A DNA stretch of 45,489 nt from a virus (Duplodnaviria > Caudoviricetes): the IMG/VR virus record IMGVR_UViG_3300011429_000012, positions 1 through 45,489 of that record. One strand, given 5' to 3'. Position numbers and translations under genes: made by a program. Of the stretch, positions 1 through 8,299 are shown in pieces. The notes beneath the pieces are model-generated. The model was given only the letters and a program-made list of their open reading frames with translations, was not told the origin of the DNA and searched no databases. How positions within the stretch are numbered: position 1 is the first letter of the stretch; each line of letters opens with the position of its first letter.

Positions 1-276
1 CATCTTACTAATCTTATTCATATCCTGTTCATCTAATTCAATGTAAGATGGGTCACATGATGGACATAAAGGTCTATCCATCTTCATAGTTCGTGGGTCC
101 ATGATTGTAGTATTCTCACAATCAATTCCCCAGCATTGAGTGAGTTTACCCGGAATTAATCCAGCCATATGAACAGGCATATAATGATTACATTCAGGCC
201 GCGCACAGGCCCATACCTTAGTATAACCATTAAGGACAATTCTATGATACTTATGAGTATGCTTAGGATTCGCCAT
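1..276 (-). CDS. Cys/His-rich hypothetical protein, 3'-truncated by the window edge
   Basis: Manual translation from ATG 276: MANPKHTHKYHRIVLNGYTKVWACARPECNHY...CWGIDC...CPSC; frame stays open to position 1; start overlaps the stop of 276..503. Confidence 0.7.
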   Translation of the reverse strand, partial: MANPKHTHKYHRIVLNGYTKVWACARPECNHYMPVHMAGLIPGKLTQCWGIDCENTTIMDPRTMKMDRPLCPSCDPSYIELDEQDMNKISKM

Positions 277-503
277 TAAAGTAATTCTTTCGTGATACTA
301 GTCGATACAGAACCTATCTGATTATTCGTCATGTCCAATAATCGATAATCAGACTCACAAACAATCAGACCGAGAAAGCGCGTCCGATATACACAATTAT
401 CTTTCCACTGTGTTATCTTACTTACCGAACGTAAATTCCATTTAATTTTAAATGATTGACTTTTCAGCCAATTTAATTTAATAGTCATACAAATTAGTGT
501 CAC
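276..503 (-). CDS. hypothetical protein
   Basis: ORF lies downstream of the promoter at 550-579 and its stop is coupled to the next ATG (TAATG); true start uncertain. Confidence 0.5.
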   Translation of the reverse strand: MTLICMTIKLNWLKSQSFKIKWNLRSVSKITQWKDNCVYRTRFLGLIVCESDYRLLDMTNNQIGSVSTSITKELL

Positions 504-549
504 CGGAAGTGGACAGGAGTGTAAATCCTACCTACCCTCTGTCCCTACC

Positions 550-579
550 AGTATATCACAAGTCCCCCCGCCTTGTCAA
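550..579 (-). promoter_or_regulatory. sigma70-type promoter
   Basis: Minus strand reads TTGACA (579-574), 18 nt, TATACT (555-550). Confidence 0.7.
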
Positions 580-640
580 GTCAAGGTCCATCGGGGAGTG
601 TAAATTATTCATACATGTAGGATTAATTAATTATTATTAT

Positions 641-656
641 AAAAAAAAAAAAAAAA
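641..656. repeat. A16 homopolymer in an AT-rich intergenic tract
   Basis: attaattaattattattat followed by 16 A. Confidence 0.9.
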
Positions 657-815
657 TAATAAGAAAAACCCCATGTTTTGGACGGGAAGGTCGCCTAACA
701 TGCCCTATTCGACCGAAGGCATGAGGGTATATACAGAGACACCCTCTCCCTACCTATACCTTCAGGTCGATAAATTGTATGGATTATTTACTTTAGGAGA
801 GAAGTATGTGACTAA

Positions 816-857
816 GGGATGAAGGATGAAACATTATATATGAAATGCCTTCATCCC
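816..857. terminator. stem-loop, possible terminator or processing site downstream of 988..1356
   Basis: GGGATGAAGG (816-825) pairs with CCTTCATCCC (848-857); AT-rich loop; no strong U-tract. Confidence 0.45.
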
Positions 858-987
858 CTGTCACCGCACTAAGCCTAAACTCTATTTATACTCGCTTAGT
901 CGAGTCCTATGTTAAGTAGAGGATTAAGTGTCTTACGTGGTTCTTGACCACATTATAACCGTTTGCTTAATCCTTGTATTGCTTGTA

Positions 988-1356
988 TTACAGCGAATCA
1001 ACCGTAACACCGAACAAAGCAGCCGCCATCTGCTTAGCTTCATCTTCACTCTTACCCGTAGCAATAAGAGTCTTAACAGTATTCTTAGCTGCGAACAGAA
1101 TACCATCAGGCGTAGCATCAACCTTAGGAGCCTTAATACCGGCTGCCTCGAATGCAATAAGCATAGCCTTTTGACGTGCATTAGCCTTACGCTTATTATT
1201 TACGAGTGTAACGATATCCTTAGCTGAAGGCTGTTCCTCTGCTGGAATCTCTGCCTGTGCCTCAAGCAAATTGACAGTAAAATTATACTTTACTGCTTCC
1301 GGCAGTTCAGAACCGTACGCCGACTCTGCAACCGCTTCAAAGGTTTCCGTTTTCAT
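988..1356 (-). CDS. hypothetical early protein, 122 aa (MKTETFEAV...)
   Basis: Start moved from the ORF-track position 1431 to ATG 1356, which has an AGGAG Shine-Dalgarno; the longer ORF's TTG is the promoter -35. Confidence 0.85.
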   Translation of the reverse strand: MKTETFEAVAESAYGSELPEAVKYNFTVNLLEAQAEIPAEEQPSAKDIVTLVNNKRKANARQKAMLIAFEAAGIKAPKVDATPDGILFAAKNTVKTLIATGKSEDEAKQMAAALFGVTVDSL

Positions 1357-1402
1357 TCTGTCACTCCTGATAGGTTTGGGTCGGTATTGACCCGATGAGA
1401 GA

Positions 1403-1431
1403 AGTATAACACGAACGCCGCCGATTGTCAA
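1403..1431 (-). promoter_or_regulatory. near-consensus sigma70-type promoter
   Basis: Minus strand reads TTGACA (1431-1426), 17 nt, TATACT (1408-1403). Confidence 0.8.
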
Positions 1432-1434
1432 GAC

Positions 1435-1620
1435 CTAATCGATAGGTCTAAGTCGAATTTCTTTCGACGAAGGGTTCAGGACCGAGTTTAACATACGGTC
1501 TTGATAAATTACTACAGCATACTTAAGAGGATATGCAGTAGTAGTGATTCGATGCCATCGTCTACCGTTTAGACGGTCGCGCTCGAATAATGCGTAATGA
1601 CGTGGATGTTTATTACGCAT
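1435..1620 (-). CDS. hypothetical protein
   Basis: 61 aa ORF whose start overlaps the stop of 1613..1735. Confidence 0.6.
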   Translation of the reverse strand: MRNKHPRHYALFERDRLNGRRWHRITTTAYPLKYAVVIYQDRMLNSVLNPSSKEIRLRPID

Positions 1621-1735
1621 GTCTTACCATCCTAACTAATTTGATTGTGTAGATACGCGCTAATTCTTCCCGACCTGATACTATCAAATCAATTAAAATT
1701 AACCACGTATCTAACTGTGTTATTGGTAGTTTCAT
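1613..1735 (-). CDS. small hypothetical protein, 40 aa (MKLPITQLDTWLILIDL...)
   Basis: Manual translation; GAGG Shine-Dalgarno before the ATG. Confidence 0.55.
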   Translation of the reverse strand: MKLPITQLDTWLILIDLIVSGREELARIYTIKLVRMVRHA

Positions 1736-2201
1736 TGTATCCTCACTAACTAATAATGAAACTATCAGTATGTGACAGGGGTTTTATGTGCTTTCATTAG
1801 GTATGATTAGTGCTCTCTTATTGGGTAACGCTATCGCGCGTTTATCCATGCATAGCATTTTAATCAATCTAAATGCACATTATGTGTTGACGATTTTGTT
1901 ATCAATCATCAATCATCATATAGACTCACGACACGATAAGCATATGTTTCCTGCCTGCTAACGCGGTCTATGCGCGCCACTCCTGACAAGGGAATGTAAG
2001 GGGCAGATTGCCACCGTAACTATATTGTAGTAATACTACTCAGATGGGCACGCAAGAGTCTGTTAAACTCGTCCCACTGCCGCGAACGAATCACGGTTAT
2101 AGTATAGGCATGTCACGATAAGACACATGTATAGATTACGCGATATGGTCCTTTCTCGTATGCCTTCTCGCTTGCGTGCGAGCCAGACAACTATATGTAT
2201 A

Positions 2202-2216
2202 GCACGCATGATGCCA
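2202..2216 (-). promoter_or_regulatory. sigma54-type -24/-12 promoter (leftward)
   Basis: Minus strand TGGCAT-CATGC-GTGC, GG-N10-GC spacing. Confidence 0.5.
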
Positions 2217-2230
2217 ACCCATATTATCCC

Positions 2231-2335
2231 CTAACTCCTTTAGAATCAACAACATAACATACATGTATATGTATTAATTCCATACACTAGCGTATGATTT
2301 GACTACAGTCTAAGTCCTTTGTTTACAATAACTTA
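2231..2335. repeat. imperfect 26-bp direct repeat with IHF-like core (2231-2256 and 2310-2335)
   Basis: CTAACTCCTTTAGAATCAACAACATA vs CTAAGTCCTTTGTTTACAATAACTTA (18/26 identical); resembles WATCAANNNNTTR. Confidence 0.55.
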
Positions 2336-2368
2336 TGGGGGGTATATAATAATTACCGGGTCCCATCT

Positions 2369-2383
2369 TGGCATGAAAATTGC
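2369..2383 (+). promoter_or_regulatory. sigma54-type -24/-12 promoter (rightward)
   Basis: TGGCAT-GAAAA-TTGC matches TGGCAY-N5-TTGC. Confidence 0.65.
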
Positions 2384-2541
2384 GGCTATTGAGCACCCAC
2401 AACTGATTCATATTTATAAATTAAGGGAAAAGAAATAGGGTCCCATATTATGATAGTATTTAATAAATAATATGTAATAAAGTGTCCTCTCTGGATGACA
2501 CCCTACAGGTGGGGTCAGGAGGGTCTAGGACGAGACTTCTG

Positions 2542-2557
2542 ACACTAGATGTAGTGT
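2542..2557. promoter_or_regulatory. NrdR-box-like 16-bp palindromic operator
   Basis: ACACTAGATGTAGTGT vs consensus acaCwAtATaTwGtgt (14/16). Confidence 0.55.
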
Positions 2558-2614
2558 CTTGACTGACTGGCAGAGTTCGTGCTTCCTGGGGCATCCTGAC
2601 TCGAAATAGACCTA

Positions 2615-2644
2615 TTGACATTGATAAGTTTATTAGTCTATGCT
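2615..2644 (+). promoter_or_regulatory. sigma70-type promoter for the structural arm
   Basis: TTGACA (2615-2620), 18 nt, TATGCT (2639-2644); AGGA Shine-Dalgarno and ATG 2679 follow. Confidence 0.65.
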
Positions 2645-2678
2645 GAACCCGACCGGCGGACTATGTATGTAGGAACAT

Positions 2679-2885
2679 ATGCCACAATTAATTTGTTCTA
2701 AATGCAAACGTATTCATTTAGCCCAATTTACTACATTGATTAATACGTCGTTATGTTGTGATGCAAAAGTAATTACTAAGCCGCATAGGTTTGAAGATAG
2801 AAGGATTGAAAAGGCGCGCAAAGATTTGGAATTATTTAATAAAGGATTAAATATTAAGAGTTCTGAATTTCCTAGAGTGGAGTAA
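2679..2885 (+). CDS. small Zn-finger-like protein
   Basis: CSKC...CC motif; Shine-Dalgarno present; first gene of the + arm. Confidence 0.65.
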   Translation: MPQLICSKCKRIHLAQFTTLINTSLCCDAKVITKPHRFEDRRIEKARKDLELFNKGLNIKSSEFPRVE

Positions 2886-2887
2886 TT

Positions 2888-3418
2888 ATGCCTGTTGGAT
2901 TAGTTGATGATATCGATTTTGAAAAAGAATACGCTTCAATAGTTGATATTCAGCGTCCAGGTAGGAGGAATGGAGATAATAATATTCCGCCTGCCTTACG
3001 TCAAGTGATTGCTGAAGAAGCTATTGTTAATGGAAATGGTTCGGGTAAGGAACTGGCTGAATTATTTGGGGTGTCTAAGTCATCAGTATCCGCGTATAAG
3101 AATGGCGCGACCTCTACTGATAGTTATAATTTACCTGACTCGAAATTAAAGAATCACGTAAATAAAGTTAAGGATAAGATTCGAGGCAAGGCACATAGTA
3201 AATTAATTATGGCCTTGAATGAAGTTACTAAAGATAAATTACAAACTGCTAAATTAAGAGATATCGCCGCAACTGCTCAGGCAATGAGTTCGATTGTTAG
3301 AAATATGGATGATGTTGAAGGTGAAGGTAAGATTAATCCAAATAACTTCATTATTTTCGCACCATATGTGAAGAACGAGAATGAGTTTAAGACTGTAGTT
3401 ATTAATGAGGTTGGTTAA
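2888..3418 (+). CDS. HTH DNA-binding protein, candidate terminase small subunit
   Basis: HTH-like KELAELFGVSKSSVSAYKN, helical middle, beta-like C-terminal tail; position upstream of the large terminase. Confidence 0.55.
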   Translation: MPVGLVDDIDFEKEYASIVDIQRPGRRNGDNNIPPALRQVIAEEAIVNGNGSGKELAELFGVSKSSVSAYKNGATSTDSYNLPDSKLKNHVNKVKDKIRGKAHSKLIMALNEVTKDKLQTAKLRDIAATAQAMSSIVRNMDDVEGEGKINPNNFIIFAPYVKNENEFKTVVINEVG

Positions 3419-3781
3419 ATGGCATCTCAAGCAGTTAGACCTGGCGTATTAGAAACATTACAGTTAGCACAGACTGTTGGTAATGGTCAGGCTTATGCTG
3501 TTCCGGCTAATGTTAGGAAACATATATTTTATGTTGATTTCTCTGCCGGAGTAGGTGCAGGGGCTGTATCTATTGAAACCGCGAATGATCCTGAATATAC
3601 AGGAACATGGGCACCATTAGTAAATGATCTTGCTACACCTACAGTTAATCCAGTTACATTCGCTGTATCGAGTCAGAAGATTTATACGTATATTGGAGTC
3701 CTTGCAGCGATAAGAGCGCGTATTTCAACTACAGTAACTGGTGGAACTGTTACAGTTACATATAAAGGCGAAGTAAGCTAA
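3419..3781 (+). CDS. hypothetical beta-rich protein, possibly virion-associated
   Basis: Thr/Val/Gly/Ala-rich 120 aa ORF, tightly packed between neighbours. Confidence 0.6.
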   Translation: MASQAVRPGVLETLQLAQTVGNGQAYAVPANVRKHIFYVDFSAGVGAGAVSIETANDPEYTGTWAPLVNDLATPTVNPVTFAVSSQKIYTYIGVLAAIRARISTTVTGGTVTVTYKGEVS

Positions 3782-5700
3782 TGATTGAGAGGATTGAATT
3801 ACCTGGGGCGTCATATGGAGAGAATTTACCTAATGGTAGATTCGTTGCTTCATATCCTACAGGATTAGTTCAATCATCTGAAGGTGCATTTAGTGCGCCT
3901 GTTGATTTAATTTATACTAGAATTAATCCCATTAATGGATTCGTAGGTGTAGGTCATTCAGGGGAATTTAGGGATGAAGCACTGGAATGTATTAATGGAA
4001 TATTTAAAACGCGCGGACAGGCATGTGGAAATAGCCCTGTAGCTTATTGGCCTGATGGGACATTAGTAGTATGTGCATGTGCTCCACCATATGGAAGTCA
4101 GGGAATAAGATGGATTGATACATCTATTCATCCTGGTGATGATTCAATGTCTAATCCTGTTGAGGGTATATATCAATATACCACTCTTGCAGGAATTCAA
4201 GTAGGTCAAGGTGGAGATGGAATACATGGTGAAGATCCTTGTATTATAATCTTCGAAGGGGTCAGATATCTTCTTGAATCAGGAACTTGTAGAGTTAATC
4301 GATTTAATTATGATGCCATTACTGGTAAATTAGCAATATCATTCTGGAAGATGAATGTAGGAAGTAATGTTCGTTTTAGATTAGATATTGCTGACATACT
4401 AACATTAACTCAATTTCCACTCCATCCAGTTAACCCGATTGTAAGAATTAATAAACCCTGTTGGTTAGGTTGGTATGAATTTAATCAGCCGCCTCCAGTA
4501 TTACCTCCGGGGAATGCATTAGTTAAAATTAGATATGATATATCAGGCGCGACTATTAAATATGATGGAACTCAATTCGCAGAATATATTGATGGGCCAA
4601 CAGTAGAGAATATTGAACAACGCGCCCAAGCTAGTTCCTGGCCATGTATAGTTTATTGGGATGGTAGGAATTGGCCGAGATATCCTACCCTTAAACCTAA
4701 TGATTGGTTAGGTCTACAGGCATACTGTGGAGTTAATGAATCAGTTGAAGTATTTGAGCAGAGTATTCGTGCGCATATTCATGATGCTCAAATTCATTTC
4801 AATAAGATTGGACTTATTTGCCAGTGCTATACGTCTAATGATTCATTAACAAAGAACCTAAAAGGTTTAGTCCCTGTATTTGCTCGATTAGCTAGGGATT
4901 ACCCAGCATTAAATTTCCTTCTTGTATTCTCTGACCAGAATAGAGCTACTGGATTAAACGATCATCCTGAAGTAAGACCTGATTGGCAAACTTTATTTGA
5001 AGGAATTACTGGTATGCCTGATGATGAGTTTATCTCTGAACCTATTGATACACGAATATTAGATACATTAAAATTATTAAGACCTCAATATCCTACACCT
5101 ATGGGTGCAAGGAGTGGAGAATTATTAAATGAGGGCGCGATAGTTTATAAGAACGAAGGATATGGATTAGAACGTAAAGATGGCGGGAATGTAGTATTCG
5201 TTCCTGGTATAGTAGATGGTTCAGGTAATCCTATTCCATTAGCATCTGATATTATTAGAACTAGAACTACAGGTGGATGGGATGTTCTCCTTGATGCAGA
5301 AGGGGAATGTAAAGTTAAGGATGCCGCAATGTCTGGTCCTGTTGACCCTGATAAATTCGTTGAACCTGTTGGCAATGCTCCACCTATTGGAGACTTTAGA
5401 GTTGAATTAATTTCCTATGATACATATGTTCATAGGTCTGATCCAAAAGGAATGTTAATTCGATTCGATGTTACTTGTCCTAATCCTGTATTAGAGATTG
5501 AATTAGATTTAGTCGGTGATGGTGAGCCTTCTATTATTATTAACTTCCTAAATGAGCCAAGGAGAGATGGTAGATATTGTCGCGCTCTTGCATTTAAACC
5601 TACTGTAAATGGTGATTGGACTTTACAAGTAAGCGCGAAAGATAATCAGGGTAATACAGCAGAAGTAATGGGCTTAGTTCCGGTTCACGTTTCTCCTTAG
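3781..5700 (+). CDS. large multidomain protein of unknown function with Ig/PKD-like C-terminus
   Basis: 639 aa; C-terminus GDWTLQVSAKDNQGN is Ig-like; domains separated by Pro-rich linkers. Confidence 0.75.
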   Translation: MIERIELPGASYGENLPNGRFVASYPTGLVQSSEGAFSAPVDLIYTRINPINGFVGVGHSGEFRDEALECINGIFKTRGQACGNSPVAYWPDGTLVVCACAPPYGSQGIRWIDTSIHPGDDSMSNPVEGIYQYTTLAGIQVGQGGDGIHGEDPCIIIFEGVRYLLESGTCRVNRFNYDAITGKLAISFWKMNVGSNVRFRLDIADILTLTQFPLHPVNPIVRINKPCWLGWYEFNQPPPVLPPGNALVKIRYDISGATIKYDGTQFAEYIDGPTVENIEQRAQASSWPCIVYWDGRNWPRYPTLKPNDWLGLQAYCGVNESVEVFEQSIRAHIHDAQIHFNKIGLICQCYTSNDSLTKNLKGLVPVFARLARDYPALNFLLVFSDQNRATGLNDHPEVRPDWQTLFEGITGMPDDEFISEPIDTRILDTLKLLRPQYPTPMGARSGELLNEGAIVYKNEGYGLERKDGGNVVFVPGIVDGSGNPIPLASDIIRTRTTGGWDVLLDAEGECKVKDAAMSGPVDPDKFVEPVGNAPPIGDFRVELISYDTYVHRSDPKGMLIRFDVTCPNPVLEIELDLVGDGEPSIIINFLNEPRRDGRYCRALAFKPTVNGDWTLQVSAKDNQGNTAEVMGLVPVHVSP

Positions 5701-5711
5701 GAGTAAATACT

Positions 5712-5942
5712 ATGGTTGGACAGGTTACACTCACTGCTAAGACTGGTGCAGGTGTTCAGGTAACTGCACAGGTTATTACGAATGTTTCGGCGCTAACATT
5801 TAATTTAGTTAATGGAACTTTAGCTATTGCTAGGTTTGAAACTGATCCAGGGAATTTAAACGAACAAACTTATGACTTAACAGGCGTGGGGACTGTTACA
5901 TGTTCAATCAGCGGACAAACATTTACTTGGGTTGTATCCTAA
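5712..5942 (+). CDS. small beta-rich hypothetical protein
   Basis: AGGAG Shine-Dalgarno; 76 aa. Confidence 0.75.
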   Translation: MVGQVTLTAKTGAGVQVTAQVITNVSALTFNLVNGTLAIARFETDPGNLNEQTYDLTGVGTVTCSISGQTFTWVVS

Positions 5943-6112
5943 TTAGTATAATTTCATCCAGTTGTGCATCATCGAGGTATAAATTAGTAAGAGTAGAGCG
6001 CGTAGGACCAGTTGAAACTGAAGTATGGAAGAACAATAATACTAAAAAATGTGAAAGACGGGTATACTTGGATTCCTTATACTACAGAACTGATATCTCT
6101 TGCGAGAAGTAA
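5900..6112 (+). CDS. putative lipoprotein or membrane-anchored protein
   Basis: Hydrophobic stretch followed by SSSC (lipobox-like); fills the gap between neighbours; start uncertain. Confidence 0.45.
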   Translation: MFNQRTNIYLGCILISIISSSCASSRYKLVRVERVGPVETEVWKNNNTKKCERRVYLDSLYYRTDISCEK

Positions 6113-6417
6113 TGATGGATGAATGGGATGGAAATCCAAAAAGGCGCACTACAGATAGTGGTTATCCCTGGTGGTTAAACGCTATCTATAAAGTAGGTGT
6201 TCCGTCTGCAATTGCTATATTTTTAGTATGGTTTATGACTACACAAGTAAGGGATAATTTAAATTCCATTAAAGAAAATTTAATGCTTCATTCGGAAGTT
6301 AATATTAAATCCTTACAGGCGAATGAATTTCATAACGATAAGTTATTTAAACTCCTTCAACGTATTTGTGCAAATTCGGCTAAAACAAATACAGAGCGAG
6401 TAGAATGCTTTAGATAA
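6100..6417 (+). CDS. single-TM membrane protein (holin/spanin-like candidate)
   Basis: TM segment VGVPSAIAIFLVWFM followed by a coiled region and a C-terminal Cys pair; start probably 6112 or 6115. Confidence 0.55.
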   Translation: MREVMMDEWDGNPKRRTTDSGYPWWLNAIYKVGVPSAIAIFLVWFMTTQVRDNLNSIKENLMLHSEVNIKSLQANEFHNDKLFKLLQRICANSAKTNTERVECFR

Positions 6418-8099
6418 TGATTCTAAATCCAAATGAATGGAGACCTACTAAAAAGCAGGCTACATTCCTTGCATTACCTACATGGATTAAAGAGGCTACA
6501 TTAGGAGGAGGGGCGGGCTCAGGCAAAACAGACGTCCTTTTATTATATGCTATTGTTAGAAAGTGGCATCTCAATTCAAGATTCAAGCAAGTATTTTTAC
6601 GTAGGACCTCCCCAGAACTTAAACGCGAGGTCATGCCACGTTCAAGAGATATATATCGTAGGTTCGGAGCAACTTTTAACCAGACGGATATGGTCTGGAC
6701 ATTTCCTAGAGAAGATCAATACGGGACAGGGACTTCAACTAAAACTGGGGGACGTAATGAAGGAGCAATGATATTTCTAGGTCATTGCGAAAATGAAGAT
6801 GATGTTCATATTTACGATTCGATGGAGATAAATTTATTTACTCCTGAAGAATTAACTACCTTAACTGAATATATTTATTTATATATTGGATTTGAACGGA
6901 CGCGCTCTCCATTAGGAAGTGGATTACCTGCAATAATTAGGTCTGCCGCGGTATCAGGTGGTATTGGTCATAGTTGGGTTAGACAGAGATTCGTTAAACC
7001 CTATGAAGAATTAGGTCATCCTTTAAATCCAGATGATAATATCATTTTGGAAGGTAGGGGTGGAAATAAAAGATTTTATATTCATGCTACTGCGATAGAC
7101 AATGAATATTTAGACCCTGATTATGTTAAATCTCTACAGGCTTTGCCCGAGGCTGAAAAGCGCGCTAAACTGTATGGAGATTGGGATGCATACTTAGGAC
7201 AGGTATTTGAAGAATATAGAGATAGGAAATATCCTGATGAGCCCAATGAAGCTCTCCATGTTATTAAGCCTTTCGAAATACCTAGTTGGTGGCCTAGGAT
7301 TTTTGTTATTGATTGGGGATACTCGGCCCTTACGTATGTGGGATTTGCCGCTATTAGTCCTTACCGTAGAGTTTATATCTATCGTGAGCTTTATTGGAGA
7401 AAGACTAAAATCGAGGAGTGGGGAGCCTACATCAAACCATACATCCAAAAGGAAAAACCTAAACTCATTAGGGTATGTAAGTCAGCCGGGCAAAATAGAG
7501 GAGAGGATCATACTCTCCAGCAACAGATTGAAACAGCATTAGATAGTCCTGTTGAACTCACACCAAATTCACCAGGTAGTAGATTAGCTACTAAGGCATT
7601 ACTTCATGAATATTTAAGATGGAAAAGTAAATATGTTCCTGTAGTTGATGAAGTTGCTAGAGTATATAGTGAAGAAAGAGCTTTATATATATTACGTAAT
7701 AAAGGAATGATCGAATATAAGACTTATTTAGATTCATTTAATCCCCAGGAAGAAGAACGATTACCTAAGTTACAAATATTTAATACTTGCAACGTATTAT
7801 CTGAAGCAATTAAAGCAGCTAGTTACGATAAAAAGAAATCAAACGGAAAACCCGCAGAAGATGTGGCGGAATATGATGGCGATGATCCTTATGATGTTGT
7901 TAGGTATACCGTTGATGCAGCCGATAGGTTTATGGAAGATGCCAAGGATGAAATGGCAAAGGCTAGGAAACAGGAAGAATTATTATCTGCATTAGAACGA
8001 ACTAATGATCAAACATCATTCTACATGAATATGCGTAGAATTGAAGCTCAATCAACAAGCAATTCGGTAAGTAGATATCATAATCGTAGGAGGCATTAA
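6417..8099 (+). CDS. terL: terminase large subunit
   Basis: PTKKQ adenine-binding motif, Walker A GGGAGSGKT, FLRRT, Walker B-like FTPEELT, GGIGHSWVRQRF, GDWD, nuclease IDWGY and DDPYD. Confidence 0.95.
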   Translation: MILNPNEWRPTKKQATFLALPTWIKEATLGGGAGSGKTDVLLLYAIVRKWHLNSRFKQVFLRRTSPELKREVMPRSRDIYRRFGATFNQTDMVWTFPREDQYGTGTSTKTGGRNEGAMIFLGHCENEDDVHIYDSMEINLFTPEELTTLTEYIYLYIGFERTRSPLGSGLPAIIRSAAVSGGIGHSWVRQRFVKPYEELGHPLNPDDNIILEGRGGNKRFYIHATAIDNEYLDPDYVKSLQALPEAEKRAKLYGDWDAYLGQVFEEYRDRKYPDEPNEALHVIKPFEIPSWWPRIFVIDWGYSALTYVGFAAISPYRRVYIYRELYWRKTKIEEWGAYIKPYIQKEKPKLIRVCKSAGQNRGEDHTLQQQIETALDSPVELTPNSPGSRLATKALLHEYLRWKSKYVPVVDEVARVYSEERALYILRNKGMIEYKTYLDSFNPQEEERLPKLQIFNTCNVLSEAIKAASYDKKKSNGKPAEDVAEYDGDDPYDVVRYTVDAADRFMEDAKDEMAKARKQEELLSALERTNDQTSFYMNMRRIEAQSTSNSVSRYHNRRRH

Positions 8100-8299
8100 T
8101 GCCGTCAGCAGAAGTTCAGTTAATTCAAAATAGTATAACTGTAAAGACTGAATTAATTATTTTCGCCGGTAAAGATGAAACGGCTGAACAGTTAACTAAT
8201 AGGAAGAATGATTTCTTACGTAATTTGAATAGACATATTAGTAAGATGGGATTAATCAGGGAGGTAGCAGATGTTCCTGTGGTTACATCATCTACTTAA
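8099..8299 (+). CDS. hypothetical protein
   Basis: TAATG coupling to terL. Confidence 0.6.
   Translation: MPSAEVQLIQNSITVKTELIIFAGKDETAEQLTNRKNDFLRNLNRHISKMGLIREVADVPVVTSST

Noticed and set aside
497-724. 75 aa + strand ORF with a poly-Lys run
   Set aside because: It merely translates the A16 tract in a regulatory region and runs opposite to the local gene direction
928-1227. ORFs 928..1227, 933..1181 and 974..1174
   Set aside because: Shadow frames of 988..1356, which has its own promoter and Shine-Dalgarno
1357-1431. N-terminal extension of the 147 aa ORF
   Set aside because: The TTG start is the promoter -35 box, so it would not be in that transcript
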